A stretch of 64,000 nt of DNA from a phage: sequence record PZ496581.1; one strand, 5' to 3'. Position numbers and translations under genes: made by a program. A model generated the notes under the pieces. That model made no database searches. It was not told the DNA's origin and saw only the letters and a program-made list of their open reading frames with translations. Each line of letters starts with the position of its first letter. Position 1 is the stretch's first letter. Positions 52,995 through 64,000 of this stretch are shown piece after piece.

Positions 52995-53912
52995 TCAGAA
53001 TTCATTAATTACACTTGTTAATTTAGAAAGACCGGATTTTACAAAATATGAATAAATCTTGCCTTTAGGTTGTTGTTTATATGAGTTATAATACTCTATA
53101 ATGGTTGAAGCAATATTATCAGGGATATAATCAAAATCAATGAGAACCAAATTTTCTTGATACCGTTTATATTCTTCTGCACTTAATAATACTTCAGCTT
53201 GAGAACGGTCATTGGCAATTGCTTCAATAATCGTTGTTTTCATGCTCGGAGTTCGTTCACCATCAACTCTGGTAAACCAGAAGTCGCCACGAACTCGAAC
53301 AGATGCAACACCATCCTTACGGTCACCTTTAAGAATTTTAGTCATGCAATCAATTTCAGCAGAACCGTTCTTAATTTTAACCCATTTTTTCTGTGGTGGT
53401 GACCACTGTTTAACGTTAGGATATTTGTGTAATTGTGTAAAGTCACCATCTGATGCAACAATACATACTTTATGTCCGGCTAATGACAAATATTTAGTTA
53501 ATACACCAATATGGTCATCCGCTTCATACTTGTCAATATCCATTACAACGTATGGCATGTATTTCTTAATCTCATCAACAACTTGATGGAGTGCAGTAAA
53601 ATATCCTTCCCAATCCCACTTTGAAGCTTCACGATCGGTTTTACGATTTTTCTTGTAATAGTAAGCAAAGTCCCGACGCCAATAACCTGAAGTAGCATTA
53701 TCCATACACAATACAAATTTTGTATAGCCTTGCTTACGGAACATCACTACGTTTTTACGAATTGAATTCAAGATTACATGGCGAACCATCGGAACAGTAA
53801 TTTTATCACCATCTTCAAAGTTGTTTAATGCGGCTGCCAATGCAATGTTACTAAAGTCGGCAAGTGCAATACCTTCTTTGTAATCTTCATCCAACATCAT
53901 TTCTAAATCCAT
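52995..53912 (-). CDS. rnh: RNase H (5'-3' exonuclease / flap endonuclease)
   Basis: 305 aa ORF near-identical to T4 RNase H (MDLEMMLDEDYKEG....DFS.IAL..AL.NF..). Confidence 0.95.
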   Translation of the reverse strand: MDLEMMLDEDYKEGIALADFSNIALAAALNNFEDGDKITVPMVRHVILNSIRKNVVMFRKQGYTKFVLCMDNATSGYWRRDFAYYYKKNRKTDREASKWDWEGYFTALHQVVDEIKKYMPYVVMDIDKYEADDHIGVLTKYLSLAGHKVCIVASDGDFTQLHKYPNVKQWSPPQKKWVKIKNGSAEIDCMTKILKGDRKDGVASVRVRGDFWFTRVDGERTPSMKTTIIEAIANDRSQAEVLLSAEEYKRYQENLVLIDFDYIPDNIASTIIEYYNSYKQQPKGKIYSYFVKSGLSKLTSVINEF

Positions 53913-53944
53913 ATGAACCTCTTGTTCAGTTAGTCAACTTGACT

Positions 53945-53974
53945 ATAGTAACACACTCATTTGAAAGCGTAAAC
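53945..53974 (-). promoter_or_regulatory. Early promoter (GTTTAC-N18-TACTAT) upstream of rnh
   Basis: Minus-strand GTTTAC (53969-53974) and TACTAT (53945-53950). Confidence 0.6.
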
Positions 53975-53977
53975 TGG

Positions 53978-53985
53978 TATAAATA
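53978..53985 (+). promoter_or_regulatory. Late promoter TATAAATA upstream of gene 34
   Basis: Exact TATAAATA about 30 nt upstream of the gene 34 ATG, SD AAGGAAA. Confidence 0.7.
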
Positions 53986-54015
53986 AGTATTATTGAAACA
54001 ATAAAGGAAAAACGA

Positions 54016-57000
54016 ATGGCCGACATCAAACGTAAGTTCAGAGCCGAAGACGGTCTGGACGCCGGTGGCGACAAGATTGTTAACGTAGCATTAGCCGACC
54101 GTACAGTAGGTACTGATGGCGTAAACGTTGACTTCCTGGTACAAGAAAACACCGTTCAAGTATATGATTCTACGCGTGGATATAACAAAGGATTTGTTGT
54201 TCTTTATGACAACCGTTTATATCAAGCAATAAATGATATCGTGTCTCCTTCCGGGGCATTTAACCTTTTACAATGGCGTGCAGTTCGTACCGATGCACAA
54301 TGGATAACTGTCGCTTCTGGGACTTATCAACTTTCTTCAGGTGAATCGATTTCGGTTAACACTGGTGCCGGCAATGATATGGTTTTCACATTGCCAAATA
54401 CTCCGGTTGATGGTGATACTGTTGTTTTGGCTGATATTGGTGGAAGAACCGGGACAGTTAAAGTACAGATTAACGCGTCTGTGCAGAGTATTTTAAACTT
54501 TAGAGGTGAACAAGTTCGTACAGTTTTAATGACGCGCCCACGTTCACAACTATTGTTTGTGTTTAGTAATCGTTTGTGGCAGATGTATATTACCGATTAT
54601 GGTAAAGAATCAATCACTGTTACACCTGCGACACCATATCAAGCACAAGCAAATGATTTTATCGTTCGTCGTTTTACTAGTGCAGCACCAATCAACATTA
54701 CACTTCCACGTAATGCTAATAATGGTGATATAATCCACCTAGTTGATTTAGATAAATTAAACCCACTGTATCATACAATTGTTAAAACATTTGATGATAC
54801 AACGTCTATTGGTGAAGTCGGGACTCATATTGCCGAAGGCAGAAATGACTCTGACGCGTTTTTTGTTTTTGATGCTGCAAATAGTTTATGGCGTATATGG
54901 GAAGGCGACCAGAAATCGCGTCTTCGTATTATCCGTGCGGATTCAAATATTCGTCCAAATGAAGAAGTTCTTATTTTTGGCACAAATAACGCTACAACCG
55001 GAACTATTAATCTTACGCTGCCTTCCGGAATTTTGAGTGGTGACAGTGTTAAAATTTCAATGAACTACATGCGTAAAGGCCAAACAGTAAAAATTAAAGC
55101 TGCCAAAGGTGATACAATTGCTTCTTCTGTTGCATTGCTTCAGTTCCCTAAACGTTCTGAATATCCACCTGATGCTCAATGGGTCTCTGTTACTGAACTA
55201 GAATTCAATGGCACTACTTCATATGTTCCTGTATTAGAATTAGCGTATATCGAAGACACCGTTGCTGGTACACGTTATTGGGTTGTGCAACAGAATGTCC
55301 CTACGGTAGAACGTGTTGATGCTGGAACTGATGCTACACGAGCTCGTTTAGGTGTTATTGCTCTTGCTACTCAAGCGCAAGCAAATGTTGATTTAGAGAA
55401 TACTCCAGCTAAAGAAGTGGCTATTACTCCTGAAACGTTGGCAAATCGTACAGCAACTGAAGCTCGACGTGGTATCGCTAAAATTGCTACAACAGCACAA
55501 GTTAACCAGAATTCCACAGCAGCATTTGTGGACGATACTATTGTTACGCCTAAAAAACTAAATGAGCGTACAGCAACTGAAACTCGTCGCGGTCTTGCTG
55601 AAATTGCTACTCAGACTGAAACCGATGCTGGTCTTGATGACACAACGATTATTACACCTAAGAAATTGCAGGCACGTCAGGGTTCTGAAACACTATCTGG
55701 TATAGTTAAATATGTATCAACTACTTCTGCTACTCCTGCTGAAACTCGTGGGGCTGCAGGCACTAACGTTTATAATAAAACCGTAAATAATTTAACTATT
55801 TCTCCTAAAGCCCTTGACCAATATAAAGCAACTTATGCTCAACAAGGTGCAGTAATTTTAGCTGTTGATAGTGAAGTAATTGCTGGACAATCTCAAGCAG
55901 GTTATTCTCATGCTGTAGTAACTCCTGAAACACTACATAAGAAAACTTCTACTGATGGACGTATTGGTTTAATTGAAATTGCTACGCAAGCAGAAACTAA
56001 TGCTGGGACTGATTATACACGTGCAGTAACGCCTAAGACGTTAAATGATAGGAAAGCTACGGAAGGATTATCCGGCATAGCCGAACTTGCTACGCAAGTT
56101 GAATTTGATACTGGAACTGATGATACTCGTATCTCGACTCCACTGAAAATTAAAACTCATTTTGATTCTTCTGACCGTACCAGTGTTAATTCTGATTCCG
56201 GACTTATTGAAGAAGGAACCTTGTGGAACCATTATACTCTTGATATTTCTAAAGCAAATGAAACACAACGTGGTACACTTCGCGTAGCGACCCAGGCAGA
56301 ATCTAATGCAGGAACTTTAGATGATGTTCTTATTACTCCTAAAAAGCTTTTAGGGACTAAGTCCACTGAAACGTCTGAAGGCGTAATTAAGGTTGCTACT
56401 CAGGCTGAAACTGTAACAGGAACTTCTGCTAATACTGCTGTATCTCCTAAGAATTTAAAATGGATTGTCCAGTCTGAACCAACATGGGCTGCTACTACAG
56501 CAATTCGTGGATTTGTTAAAACTTCATCTGGTTCAATTACATTCGTTGGTAATGATACAGTCGGTTCTACCCAAGATTTAGAACTGTACGAGAAAAATAG
56601 CTATGCGGTATCACCATATGAATTAAATCGCGTATTAGCAAATTATTTGCCATTGAAAGCTAAAGCCGTAGATAGTAATTTATTAGATGGACTAGATTCA
56701 TCTCAGTTCATTCGTAGGGACATTGCACAGACGGTTAATGGTTCACTAACCTTAACCCAACAAACGAATCTGAGTGCCCCTCTTGTATCATCTAGTACTG
56801 CTACGTTTGGTGGTTCAGTTTCGGCAAATAGTACATTAACTATTTCTAACTCTGGAACAGCAACTCGTCTGATTTTTGAAAAGGGACCTCAAACTGGAAC
56901 TAACCCAGCGCAGACGATGACTATCAGAGTTTGGGGAAATCAGTTTGGCGGCGGATCAGATACAACACGTTCTACTGTATTTGAAGTTGGAGATGAAACA

Positions 57001-57891
57001 TCTAATCACTTTTATTCTCAACGTAATAAAGCTGGGAATATAACGTTTAGCGTTAACGGTACTGTGATGCCGATAAATGTTAACGCTTCAGGTTCTTTAA
57101 ATGCGAATGGCGTTGCAACATTTGGTAGTTCAGTTACAGCCAATGGTGAATTCATTAGCAAGTCTGCAAATGCTTTCAGAGCAATTAGTGGTGATTACGG
57201 ATTCCTTATTCGCAATGATGGCACTAATACCTATTTTTTGCTAACCCATCCAGGAGGCCAGACTAGTGGATTTAGTGGATTACGTCCTTTAGCTATTAAT
57301 AATGCATCTGGCCAAGTAACGATTGGTGAAGGCTTAATCATTGCCAAAGGTGCTACTATAAATTCAGATGGTTTAACTGTTAACTCGAGAATTCGTTCTC
57401 AGGGCACTAAAACATCTGATTTATACACCCGCGCACCAACATCTGATACTGTAGGATTCTGGTCAATTGATATTAACGATTCAGCCACTTATAACCAGTT
57501 CCCAGGTTATTTTAAAATGGTTGAAAAAACTAATGAAGTGACTGGGCTTCCATACTTAGAACGTGGCGAAGAAGTTAAATCTCCTGGTACATTGACTCAG
57601 TTTGGTAACACACTTGATTCGCTTTACCAAGATTGGATTACTTATCCAACAACTCTAGAAGCACGTACAACCCGTTGGACACGTACATGGCAGAAAACTA
57701 AAAATTCTTGGTCAAGTTTTGTTCAGGTATTTGATGGCGGAAACCCTCCTCAACCTTCTGATATTGGTGCTTTACCTTCTGATAATGCAACAATCGGAAA
57801 CTTGACAATAAGGGATTTCTTAAGGATTGGTAATGTCCGCATTATTCCAGACCCTGTGAATAAATCTGTTAAATTCGAGTGGATTGAATAA
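54016..57891 (+). CDS. 34: Long tail fibre proximal subunit gp34
   Basis: 1291 aa ORF (T4 gp34 is 1289 aa) with repeated fibre motifs (..TATE.RRGIA.IAT...). Confidence 0.95.
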   Translation: MADIKRKFRAEDGLDAGGDKIVNVALADRTVGTDGVNVDFLVQENTVQVYDSTRGYNKGFVVLYDNRLYQAINDIVSPSGAFNLLQWRAVRTDAQWITVASGTYQLSSGESISVNTGAGNDMVFTLPNTPVDGDTVVLADIGGRTGTVKVQINASVQSILNFRGEQVRTVLMTRPRSQLLFVFSNRLWQMYITDYGKESITVTPATPYQAQANDFIVRRFTSAAPINITLPRNANNGDIIHLVDLDKLNPLYHTIVKTFDDTTSIGEVGTHIAEGRNDSDAFFVFDAANSLWRIWEGDQKSRLRIIRADSNIRPNEEVLIFGTNNATTGTINLTLPSGILSGDSVKISMNYMRKGQTVKIKAAKGDTIASSVALLQFPKRSEYPPDAQWVSVTELEFNGTTSYVPVLELAYIEDTVAGTRYWVVQQNVPTVERVDAGTDATRARLGVIALATQAQANVDLENTPAKEVAITPETLANRTATEARRGIAKIATTAQVNQNSTAAFVDDTIVTPKKLNERTATETRRGLAEIATQTETDAGLDDTTIITPKKLQARQGSETLSGIVKYVSTTSATPAETRGAAGTNVYNKTVNNLTISPKALDQYKATYAQQGAVILAVDSEVIAGQSQAGYSHAVVTPETLHKKTSTDGRIGLIEIATQAETNAGTDYTRAVTPKTLNDRKATEGLSGIAELATQVEFDTGTDDTRISTPLKIKTHFDSSDRTSVNSDSGLIEEGTLWNHYTLDISKANETQRGTLRVATQAESNAGTLDDVLITPKKLLGTKSTETSEGVIKVATQAETVTGTSANTAVSPKNLKWIVQSEPTWAATTAIRGFVKTSSGSITFVGNDTVGSTQDLELYEKNSYAVSPYELNRVLANYLPLKAKAVDSNLLDGLDSSQFIRRDIAQTVNGSLTLTQQTNLSAPLVSSSTATFGGSVSANSTLTISNSGTATRLIFEKGPQTGTNPAQTMTIRVWGNQFGGGSDTTRSTVFEVGDETSNHFYSQRNKAGNITFSVNGTVMPINVNASGSLNANGVATFGSSVTANGEFISKSANAFRAISGDYGFLIRNDGTNTYFLLTHPGGQTSGFSGLRPLAINNASGQVTIGEGLIIAKGATINSDGLTVNSRIRSQGTKTSDLYTRAPTSDTVGFWSIDINDSATYNQFPGYFKMVEKTNEVTGLPYLERGEEVKSPGTLTQFGNTLDSLYQDWITYPTTLEARTTRWTRTWQKTKNSWSSFVQVFDGGNPPQPSDIGALPSDNATIGNLTIRDFLRIGNVRIIPDPVNKSVKFEWIE

Positions 57892-57899
57892 GAGGTATT

Positions 57900-59027
57900 A
57901 TGGAAAAATTTATGGCTAAGTTTGGACAAGGATACGTCCAAACGCCATTTTTATCGGAAAGCAATTCAGTACGATTTAAATTAAGCATAGCGGGCTCTTG
58001 CCCGCTATCAACATCTCCTACTTATATTAAGTTCCAGGATAATCCACTCGGGTCCCAGGTTTTTTCCGTTGGATTAAACGTTCGTGTAATAAATCCTACA
58101 ACAGGTGCAGTAGTTGAATCTAAGTCATATAATTTCTCTACTGAAAATGACGCCACGTCAAGTGCATTTGTTACTTTCATGGACACATATGCTTCAAATT
58201 TTATATTTGCTCTTGTTACTAACGCTAAAACAAACTTTCCACCTGAAGTTCTTGCATGGTTTACTAAAGCTGGGAGTTCTGCTATTCCATTAGCTCAACA
58301 AGTTTTAAATATAGTGGACATTTCTTATTCTGCATTTTATATTTCTGGTAAGAATGCTATAGCACTAGAACATATTAAGTATAGTAATAAGAAAACTTCA
58401 ACCGACTATAGTACACCACTTGATGTTGTGTACGACACGATCGATGATATTGGTGCTACCGGCTTCCCTAGTCGTACGTACGAATCGACAGACACATTTT
58501 TATCTGCTGTTGGAGGTACTAATAATGAAATTAAAAGGATGCCTACAACATCCCTTATTACACCTCTCGCTGGGTATAAATTGAAGCCTGGAGATTTCCT
58601 TTATATGAAATTCCAACTAATGGCCGATGCTGATTTGTTAGCACAAGGGACGACACGACTTTCTATTCGTTTCTTTAAATCTTCTTCCACTTCACCTATT
58701 TCATTTAAGGATACAAACTTTGATGGGGTTGCAGGTGAATGGAAGATATATGAAGACTACATAGAAATTCCTGCTGGTGCTGACGGGTTCACGATTTATT
58801 GTTATCGTACAGCTCCAGTCGGGCAAGGTGGATTAAGAAACGTTATATTCACTGAAGTATCATGTAATGGAAGCGTTTCAAAACCTGCTGAGTTTGGTAT
58901 AAATGGTATTCGTGTAAATTATGTTTCAGAGTCTTTAAGTGCCCCAGACATAATGACATTACCTACTCAATCTTCAACTGATACTGGTAAGGTATTTGGA
59001 CAAGAATTTAAAGAAGCATCAGAATAA
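57900..59027 (+). CDS. 35: Long tail fibre hinge connector gp35
   Basis: 375 aa ORF; position between 34 and 36. Confidence 0.9.
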   Translation: MEKFMAKFGQGYVQTPFLSESNSVRFKLSIAGSCPLSTSPTYIKFQDNPLGSQVFSVGLNVRVINPTTGAVVESKSYNFSTENDATSSAFVTFMDTYASNFIFALVTNAKTNFPPEVLAWFTKAGSSAIPLAQQVLNIVDISYSAFYISGKNAIALEHIKYSNKKTSTDYSTPLDVVYDTIDDIGATGFPSRTYESTDTFLSAVGGTNNEIKRMPTTSLITPLAGYKLKPGDFLYMKFQLMADADLLAQGTTRLSIRFFKSSSTSPISFKDTNFDGVAGEWKIYEDYIEIPAGADGFTIYCYRTAPVGQGGLRNVIFTEVSCNGSVSKPAEFGINGIRVNYVSESLSAPDIMTLPTQSSTDTGKVFGQEFKEASE

Positions 59028-59032
59028 ATTTA

Positions 59033-59056
59033 GGGAGACTTCGGTCTCCCATTTTT
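59033..59056 (+). terminator. UUCG-tetraloop terminator after gene 35
   Basis: gggagac-ttcg-gtctccc followed by ATTTTTG. Confidence 0.8.
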
Positions 59057-59057
59057 G

Positions 59058-59065
59058 TATAAATA
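59058..59065 (+). promoter_or_regulatory. Late promoter TATAAATA upstream of gene 36
   Basis: Exact TATAAATA 24 nt upstream of the gene 36 ATG; SD AAGGAG. Confidence 0.7.
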
Positions 59066-59089
59066 TGGTATACATATAAGGAGACAACT

Positions 59090-59752
59090 ATGGCCGATTT
59101 AAAAGCTGGTAGTACAACTGGCGGTGCTGTTATATGGCATCAAGGTAATTTCCCTTTAATGCCAGCAGGTGATGACGTCCTGTATAAAACGTTTAAACTC
59201 TATTCAGAATATAATAAGCCACAAGCTGCTGATAACGATTTCGTTTCTAAAGCAAATGGTGGTACTTACGCTGCAACTGTTCGATTTAATGGAGGAGTAC
59301 ATGTTCCTACTGTAGGTAGTAGTCAACAGTGTGGTGTTTATCCAGGTAACGGTGATGCAGCTACTTTTGATATGGCAAATATTGACATCGTTTCGTGGAA
59401 TGGTATTGGTTTTAAGTCATCACAAGGTTCAGCAGACCGAACTGTTGTAATTAATGCACGCAATGGTGATATTAGTACAAAAGGCGTTGTGACAGCAGTA
59501 GGTCAAATAAGAAGTAATGCAGTTGCTCCAGTTGCAGCGAATGACCTTACTAGAAAAGATTATGTTGATGGACGAATAAATATTGTTACGGATAACGCAA
59601 ATTCCCGTGTATTGCGTTCTGGCGACACCATGACTGGTACTTTAACAGCACCAAACTTTTTCTCACAGAATCCGGCGTCTGAGGCTAATCATGTTCCTCG
59701 TTTCGACCAGATTGTAATTAAAGATTCTGTTCAAGATTTCGGCTATTATTAA
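59090..59752 (+). CDS. 36: Long tail fibre distal subunit, small (gp36)
   Basis: 220 aa ORF; T4 gp36 is 221 aa. Confidence 0.9.
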   Translation: MADLKAGSTTGGAVIWHQGNFPLMPAGDDVLYKTFKLYSEYNKPQAADNDFVSKANGGTYAATVRFNGGVHVPTVGSSQQCGVYPGNGDAATFDMANIDIVSWNGIGFKSSQGSADRTVVINARNGDISTKGVVTAVGQIRSNAVAPVAANDLTRKDYVDGRINIVTDNANSRVLRSGDTMTGTLTAPNFFSQNPASEANHVPRFDQIVIKDSVQDFGYY

Positions 59753-59760
59753 GAGGACTT

Positions 59761-62700
59761 ATGGCTACATTAAAACAGATACAATTTAAAAGAAGCAAAG
59801 TGGCAGGAGTTAATCCTACTGCAGCACAATTAGCCGAAGGCGAATTAGCGATAAACTTAAAAGATCGAACTCTTTTTACTAAAGATGACCTCGGTAATAT
59901 TATTAGCCTAGGCTTTGCTAAGGGCGGGGATATTAACGGTAATGTAACTCAAAATGGTGATTATTTACAAAACGGCACATATAATCTTAATGGAAATCAG
60001 TTTGTTTATGCAGGAAAATATATTGAATTTTTACCTAAAATAGCTGGTAATGGCGCTTGGGCAAATCAACACCTAAATAAAGCTCCTATCTTTACAGATT
60101 TAAGTTCAACTACTTCTGTTTCAGAATACCATCCGCTGATTAAACAACGCTATAAAGATGGAACTTTTTCTGCTGGTACATTAGTAAACGAAGGTAGTTT
60201 TAAATTCCATTATATTGATGAAACCGGGACTTCAAAATACTGGACTTTTAATAGAAATGGTAATTTCATCGTAGATTCTGGCAATATTGAAGTTCGTGCC
60301 GGTAATATTTCTGCTTCAGGCAATATAAATTCAGCTACTGGGCGAGTTTCGGCTCCTCGTGTCATTACAAAAAATATTAATTTAAGTACAAAGACTTTTA
60401 TTCCTAATAACGACGCCGGGTATGATTTAGTTTCTTTGCCTACTTGGATTTATAATCCGCCGGCAGATGGTTCTGACCGTAATACAAATGGTCTTAACTA
60501 CATTCGTAAGATGAGAGCTTCAAATACTTCTAGTATTTTCCATGAAATAGTTGATTGCCGTTCAGGAAAGCCACAAGAAATTTCTTGGTGGACAGGTGTA
60601 GGCCCGGAATCTTTCCAATGGGCGTTTGATACCTCCGGTCGTATTACTGCAGGTAAATCGATTTCGGTAGGTCTTCCTGATAATGGTACAAATGGACGTT
60701 ATCCTTTAGATTCTGCGATTTCTATAGGTATTGCAATTGGTGATAACGACACCGGTATTAAATGGGTCCGCGACGGTGTTATTGATTTCATGGCTAACGG
60801 TATTTCATCCGCTACCATTTTGAATAACGGTATTAACAGCACTAAGAAATTGATGGTCGGTTATAGCCGCGATTCTGGTACTACTTGGGATTACCCAAAT
60901 AACAACCAAGCAATGTTTACTGCGCGTACCGATGTTGATGGTAATAATAACGGCGATGGGCAAACTCATATCGGTTATAGCAGCAATGCCAAGATGTATC
61001 ACTATTTCCGTGGTACAGGTCGTATGTCCGTTAGTATGGACGATGGACTTCTTGTTGAGCCTGGCATTTTAGATATTAAAACCGGTTCTAATAGCGTTGC
61101 TATTAGAGCAGACGGAACAATTAACTCCACCCAACGTATTTCAATGCGTACGGGCTTGTTTTTAAATGGTGATGATAATACCAATGCTTTGTCATTTAAA
61201 GCGCCTACAGGTGTTGACGGGACAAAAACCATTAACTGGGATGCAGGTACTCGTAATGGTCAGAATAAAAATACTGTAACCATTAAAGCATGGGGTAACT
61301 CATTTAACGCTGAAAAGGGTAATAGAGAAACTGTATTTGAAGTATCAGATTCACAAGGTTATTATTTTTATGCTCAACGTACCAACCCGGCTTCTGGTGA
61401 AACAGTAGGTCCGGTTAACTTTAAATTTAACGGAACTGTCGAAACAGGCCGTATCATAGGCCTTGGTAATATAAGTGCCTCCGGTACAGGTTCTTTTGGT
61501 GGCAATGTTACTATGTCTAACGGTTTGTTTGTCCAAGGTGGTTCTTCTATTACTGGACAAGTTAAAATTGGTGGAACAGCTGATGCATTAAGAATTTGGA
61601 ATGCTGAATACGGGGCTATTTTCCGTAGTTCTGAAGATAAGCTTTATATTATTCCAACTCCACAGAATGCTGGTGAATCAGGTGGTATTTCTAATTTACG
61701 TCCGTTCTATATTACATTAAGTACCGGTAAAGTTTCTATGGATCATGATGTAGATATCGGCGGCGGTAGATTTAAAGTAGAAGCGGCTGGAACTACGGCT
61801 GGTCAACGCATAACAGTAAATATGGCATCAGATGCTATTAGAATAAATGCTCCAACACAAGAGTCTTCTAACTTCATTCAAGGACGTAAAGCAGATGTTC
61901 CGAAATGGTATTTAGGTATTGGCGATGGCGGCAACGTCGTTCGTATGCACAGCTACACATATTCACATGGTATTGCATTAAACTCTGATTCTGTCGATAT
62001 TACTAAACCATTAAAAGTTGGTAATGCTCAATTCGGTACTGATGGTAATATTACTGGCGGTTCTGGTAATTTTGCTAACTTGAATACCACAATAAATAAC
62101 CTTAAGACGGATATTGTCTCGAGTTACCCAATTGGTGCTCCGATTCCTTGGCCTACTGATACACCTCCTGAAGGTTATGCCATAATGGAAGGTCAAACAT
62201 TTGATGTTGGCTTGTATCCTAAGTTAGCTGCGGTGTATCCTTCCGGCGCTCTGCCTGATATGCGTGGTCAAACTATCAAGGGTAAACCATCTGGGCGTGC
62301 TGTATTAAGTACAGAAGCAGATGGTGTTAAGTCACATAGCCATAGTGCAAGTGCATCAAGCACAGATTTGGGTACTAAAAACACATCAAGTTTTGATTAT
62401 GGTACTAAAACATCTTCAAGCTTTGATTATGGTACTAAGACCAGTAATACCACTGGTGACCATAACCATACAGTAAGCGGTACCACTGACGCAGCAGGTG
62501 ACCACCAGCACTCACAGACCGGTCCAAGGGGTCCTAATAATCAACCAACAGGAATATATCCTAATGGATCTACTCAAATTAGCGGAACCCTGGTTGTTGG
62601 TTTTGGCCTAAGCAACGGTGTTGTGCCTGGTACAAGCCAATATATTGCAAAGTCATCGACAGAAGGTAACCATACACACTCTTGGTCTGGTACTACTAGC

Positions 62701-62883
62701 TCTACGGGTAACCATGCCCATACCGTTGGTATTGGTGCCCATACACATACTGTAGGTATTGGTGCCCACTCTCATTCGGTAGCGATTGGTTCTCATGGTC
62801 ATACAATAACTGTAAATGCCACAGGAAATACAGAAAACACAGTTAAAAACGTTGCTTTTAACTATATCGTTCGTTTAGCATAA
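59761..62883 (+). CDS. 37: Long tail fibre distal subunit gp37 (receptor-binding tip with His boxes)
   Basis: 1040 aa ORF; C-terminal region with GxHxH repeats ([44 protein letters not shown]) and conserved C-terminus ..[15 protein letters not shown] as in T4 gp37. Confidence 0.95.
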   Translation: MATLKQIQFKRSKVAGVNPTAAQLAEGELAINLKDRTLFTKDDLGNIISLGFAKGGDINGNVTQNGDYLQNGTYNLNGNQFVYAGKYIEFLPKIAGNGAWANQHLNKAPIFTDLSSTTSVSEYHPLIKQRYKDGTFSAGTLVNEGSFKFHYIDETGTSKYWTFNRNGNFIVDSGNIEVRAGNISASGNINSATGRVSAPRVITKNINLSTKTFIPNNDAGYDLVSLPTWIYNPPADGSDRNTNGLNYIRKMRASNTSSIFHEIVDCRSGKPQEISWWTGVGPESFQWAFDTSGRITAGKSISVGLPDNGTNGRYPLDSAISIGIAIGDNDTGIKWVRDGVIDFMANGISSATILNNGINSTKKLMVGYSRDSGTTWDYPNNNQAMFTARTDVDGNNNGDGQTHIGYSSNAKMYHYFRGTGRMSVSMDDGLLVEPGILDIKTGSNSVAIRADGTINSTQRISMRTGLFLNGDDNTNALSFKAPTGVDGTKTINWDAGTRNGQNKNTVTIKAWGNSFNAEKGNRETVFEVSDSQGYYFYAQRTNPASGETVGPVNFKFNGTVETGRIIGLGNISASGTGSFGGNVTMSNGLFVQGGSSITGQVKIGGTADALRIWNAEYGAIFRSSEDKLYIIPTPQNAGESGGISNLRPFYITLSTGKVSMDHDVDIGGGRFKVEAAGTTAGQRITVNMASDAIRINAPTQESSNFIQGRKADVPKWYLGIGDGGNVVRMHSYTYSHGIALNSDSVDITKPLKVGNAQFGTDGNITGGSGNFANLNTTINNLKTDIVSSYPIGAPIPWPTDTPPEGYAIMEGQTFDVGLYPKLAAVYPSGALPDMRGQTIKGKPSGRAVLSTEADGVKSHSHSASASSTDLGTKNTSSFDYGTKTSSSFDYGTKTSNTTGDHNHTVSGTTDAAGDHQHSQTGPRGPNNQPTGIYPNGSTQISGTLVVGFGLSNGVVPGTSQYIAKSSTEGNHTHSWSGTTSSTGNHAHTVGIGAHTHTVGIGAHSHSVAIGSHGHTITVNATGNTENTVKNVAFNYIVRLA
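62371..62440 (+). repeat. 30 bp tandem repeat (about 2.3 copies) within the gp37 tip region
   Basis: ggtactaaaaacacatcaagttttgattat / ggtactaaaacatcttcaagctttgattat / ggtactaaga.., encoding [24 protein letters not shown]. Confidence 0.8.
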
Positions 62884-62889
62884 GGAGAA

Positions 62890-62908
62890 GGGACTTCGGT
62901 CCCTTTTT
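62890..62908 (+). terminator. UUCG-tetraloop hairpin and T-run after gene 37
   Basis: gggac-ttcg-gtccc followed by TTTTT, 7 nt after the gene 37 stop. Confidence 0.7.
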
Positions 62909-62913
62909 ATAAT

Positions 62914-63465
62914 ATGAAACTCTATCATTATTATTTTGACACTAAAGAATTTTACAAAGAAGAAAATTATAAACCATTAAAAGGCGTAGGATTTCCGGCT
63001 CATTCGACACCAAAAAAACCTTTAGACCCTAAAGAAGGCTATGCTGTTGTATTTGATGAACGTGAACAAGAATGGGTATATGTTGAAGACCATCGTGGAA
63101 AAACAGTATGGACTTATGATAAGCAAAAAATTGTTATTGACACTCCAGGTGCTCTTCAAAATGTTACTACAGAAGAACCTGGCGAATTTGACATTTGGAC
63201 CGACGACGGGTGGAAGGAAGATGAAGCATATAAACGCGTAGTTCAACGTGATAAGAAAATTCATGAACTCTATAAATTATTCAGTGTTTTAAGTTCTCTT
63301 ATTGACGCAGAGGTTGCTAATAGAGAAGAAAAACGAAAATTTAAAGAGCTCAAAAAATTCTTTGCCCTTTTAGAAAAACATGAACATCTTGGCGGCGAAT
63401 TCCCTAAATTCCCTGACCTTGAAAACAAATCTATTGTCAAAGCGATTATAAATATCTTTAAGTAA
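62914..63465 (+). CDS. 38: Tail fibre assembly chaperone gp38 (T4-type)
   Basis: 183 aa ORF near-identical at both ends to T4 gp38 (MK.YHYYFDTKEFYKEENYKP.., ..FALLEKHEHLGGEFP..). Confidence 0.93.
   Translation: MKLYHYYFDTKEFYKEENYKPLKGVGFPAHSTPKKPLDPKEGYAVVFDEREQEWVYVEDHRGKTVWTYDKQKIVIDTPGALQNVTTEEPGEFDIWTDDGWKEDEAYKRVVQRDKKIHELYKLFSVLSSLIDAEVANREEKRKFKELKKFFALLEKHEHLGGEFPKFPDLENKSIVKAIINIFK
63447..63454 (+). promoter_or_regulatory. Late promoter TATAAATA upstream of holin gene t
   Basis: Exact TATAAATA inside the 3' end of gene 38, about 23 nt upstream of the t ATG; SD AAGGAGG. Confidence 0.65.
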
Positions 63466-63476
63466 GGAGGTATATT

Positions 63477-64000
63477 ATGGCAACACCAAAAGTGTCATTT
63501 TCGCCTAGTGATATTCTATTTGGGTTGCTAGATCGTATTTTCAAAGATAACGCTACTGGAAAGGTTTTAATGTCCCGAGTAGCGGTAATTATTCTTTTGT
63601 TCCTAATGGCACTAATATGGTACAAAGGAAGTATTTTGCTGGATTATTATGTAAGAGCTAAGTATGATACTTATACTGAAATAATCCAAAAAGAACGAGC
63701 TTTACGTTTTGAATCTGCGGCTCTAGAACAACTGCAAATAGTTCATATCTCATCTGGTGCAGATTTTAGTGCTGTGTATTCTTTCAGACCTAAAAACTTA
63801 AATTATTTTGTCGACCTTATAGCTTATGAAGGCAAACTACCTAGCACAATTTCTGAAAAGTCCCTTGGTGGATTCCCGGTGGATAAAACGGCCAATGAAT
63901 ATATAATTCATTTAAGTGGCCGTCATTTCTCATCTAAATCAGAATTTGCATTTTTGCCTACAAAATCTAAGACTGCCGAACTTTCTTATATGTATAGTTG
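63477..64000 (+). CDS. t: Holin T (3' end truncated by the window)
   Basis: ATG 63477 with SD AAGGAGG; MATPKVSFSPSDILFG.LDR.FKDNATGKVL.SRVAV..LLF.MA..WY.. matches T4 holin; transmembrane segment; ORF runs off the window. Confidence 0.9.
   Translation, partial: MATPKVSFSPSDILFGLLDRIFKDNATGKVLMSRVAVIILLFLMALIWYKGSILLDYYVRAKYDTYTEIIQKERALRFESAALEQLQIVHISSGADFSAVYSFRPKNLNYFVDLIAYEGKLPSTISEKSLGGFPVDKTANEYIIHLSGRHFSSKSEFAFLPTKSKTAELSYMYS

Noticed and set aside
54779-61560. Short ORFs inside genes 34 and 37 on both strands
   Set aside because: All are embedded in the long tail fibre genes, which are full-length and colinear with T4; no independent expression signals were seen.

Overview
This window is a contiguous, colinear segment of a T4-like (Tevenvirinae, T4-type) myovirus genome, running from the large terminase gene 17 to the start of holin gene t. 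The gene order matches T4: 17-18-19-20-67-68-21-22-23 / 24-rnlB-hoc-inh / uvsW-uvsY-25-26-51-27-28-29-48-54 / alt-30-30.x-rIII-31-cd-pseT-alc-rnlA-denA-nrdB-nrdA-td-frd-32-59-33-dsbA-rnh / 34-35-36-37-38-t. All identifications are from reading the translated ORFs and motifs against remembered T4 proteins; no database search was run. Late genes on the + strand carry TATAAATA late promoters, and the minus-strand accessory genes carry repeated early-promoter cassettes (GTTTAC-N17-TAnTAT) and UUCG-tetraloop terminators. Things that differ from T4 as I recall it: (1) a full-length class I DAHP synthase (AroG-like) translationally coupled to dCMP deaminase; (2) hoc broken by three frameshifts and apparently carrying an extra Ig-like domain; (3) a NADAR/YbiA-like plus HAD-like gene pair near Alt in the 30.x island; (4) a td group I intron with I-TevI while nrdB is intronless and no segG lies between 32 and 59; (5) two paralogous GIY-YIG seg-type homing endonuclease genes flanking the 24-hoc-inh module; (6) a ~290 nt ORF-free gap between rIII and a small basic-protein gene; (7) small unlisted ORFs and tandem repeats in the gene 32 leader, gene 32 C-terminus and the gp37 tip. 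No tRNA, rRNA or CRISPR array was seen. I found no clearly novel multi-gene system; the strongest candidates for follow-up are the DAHP synthase, the NADAR/HAD pair and the disrupted hoc.
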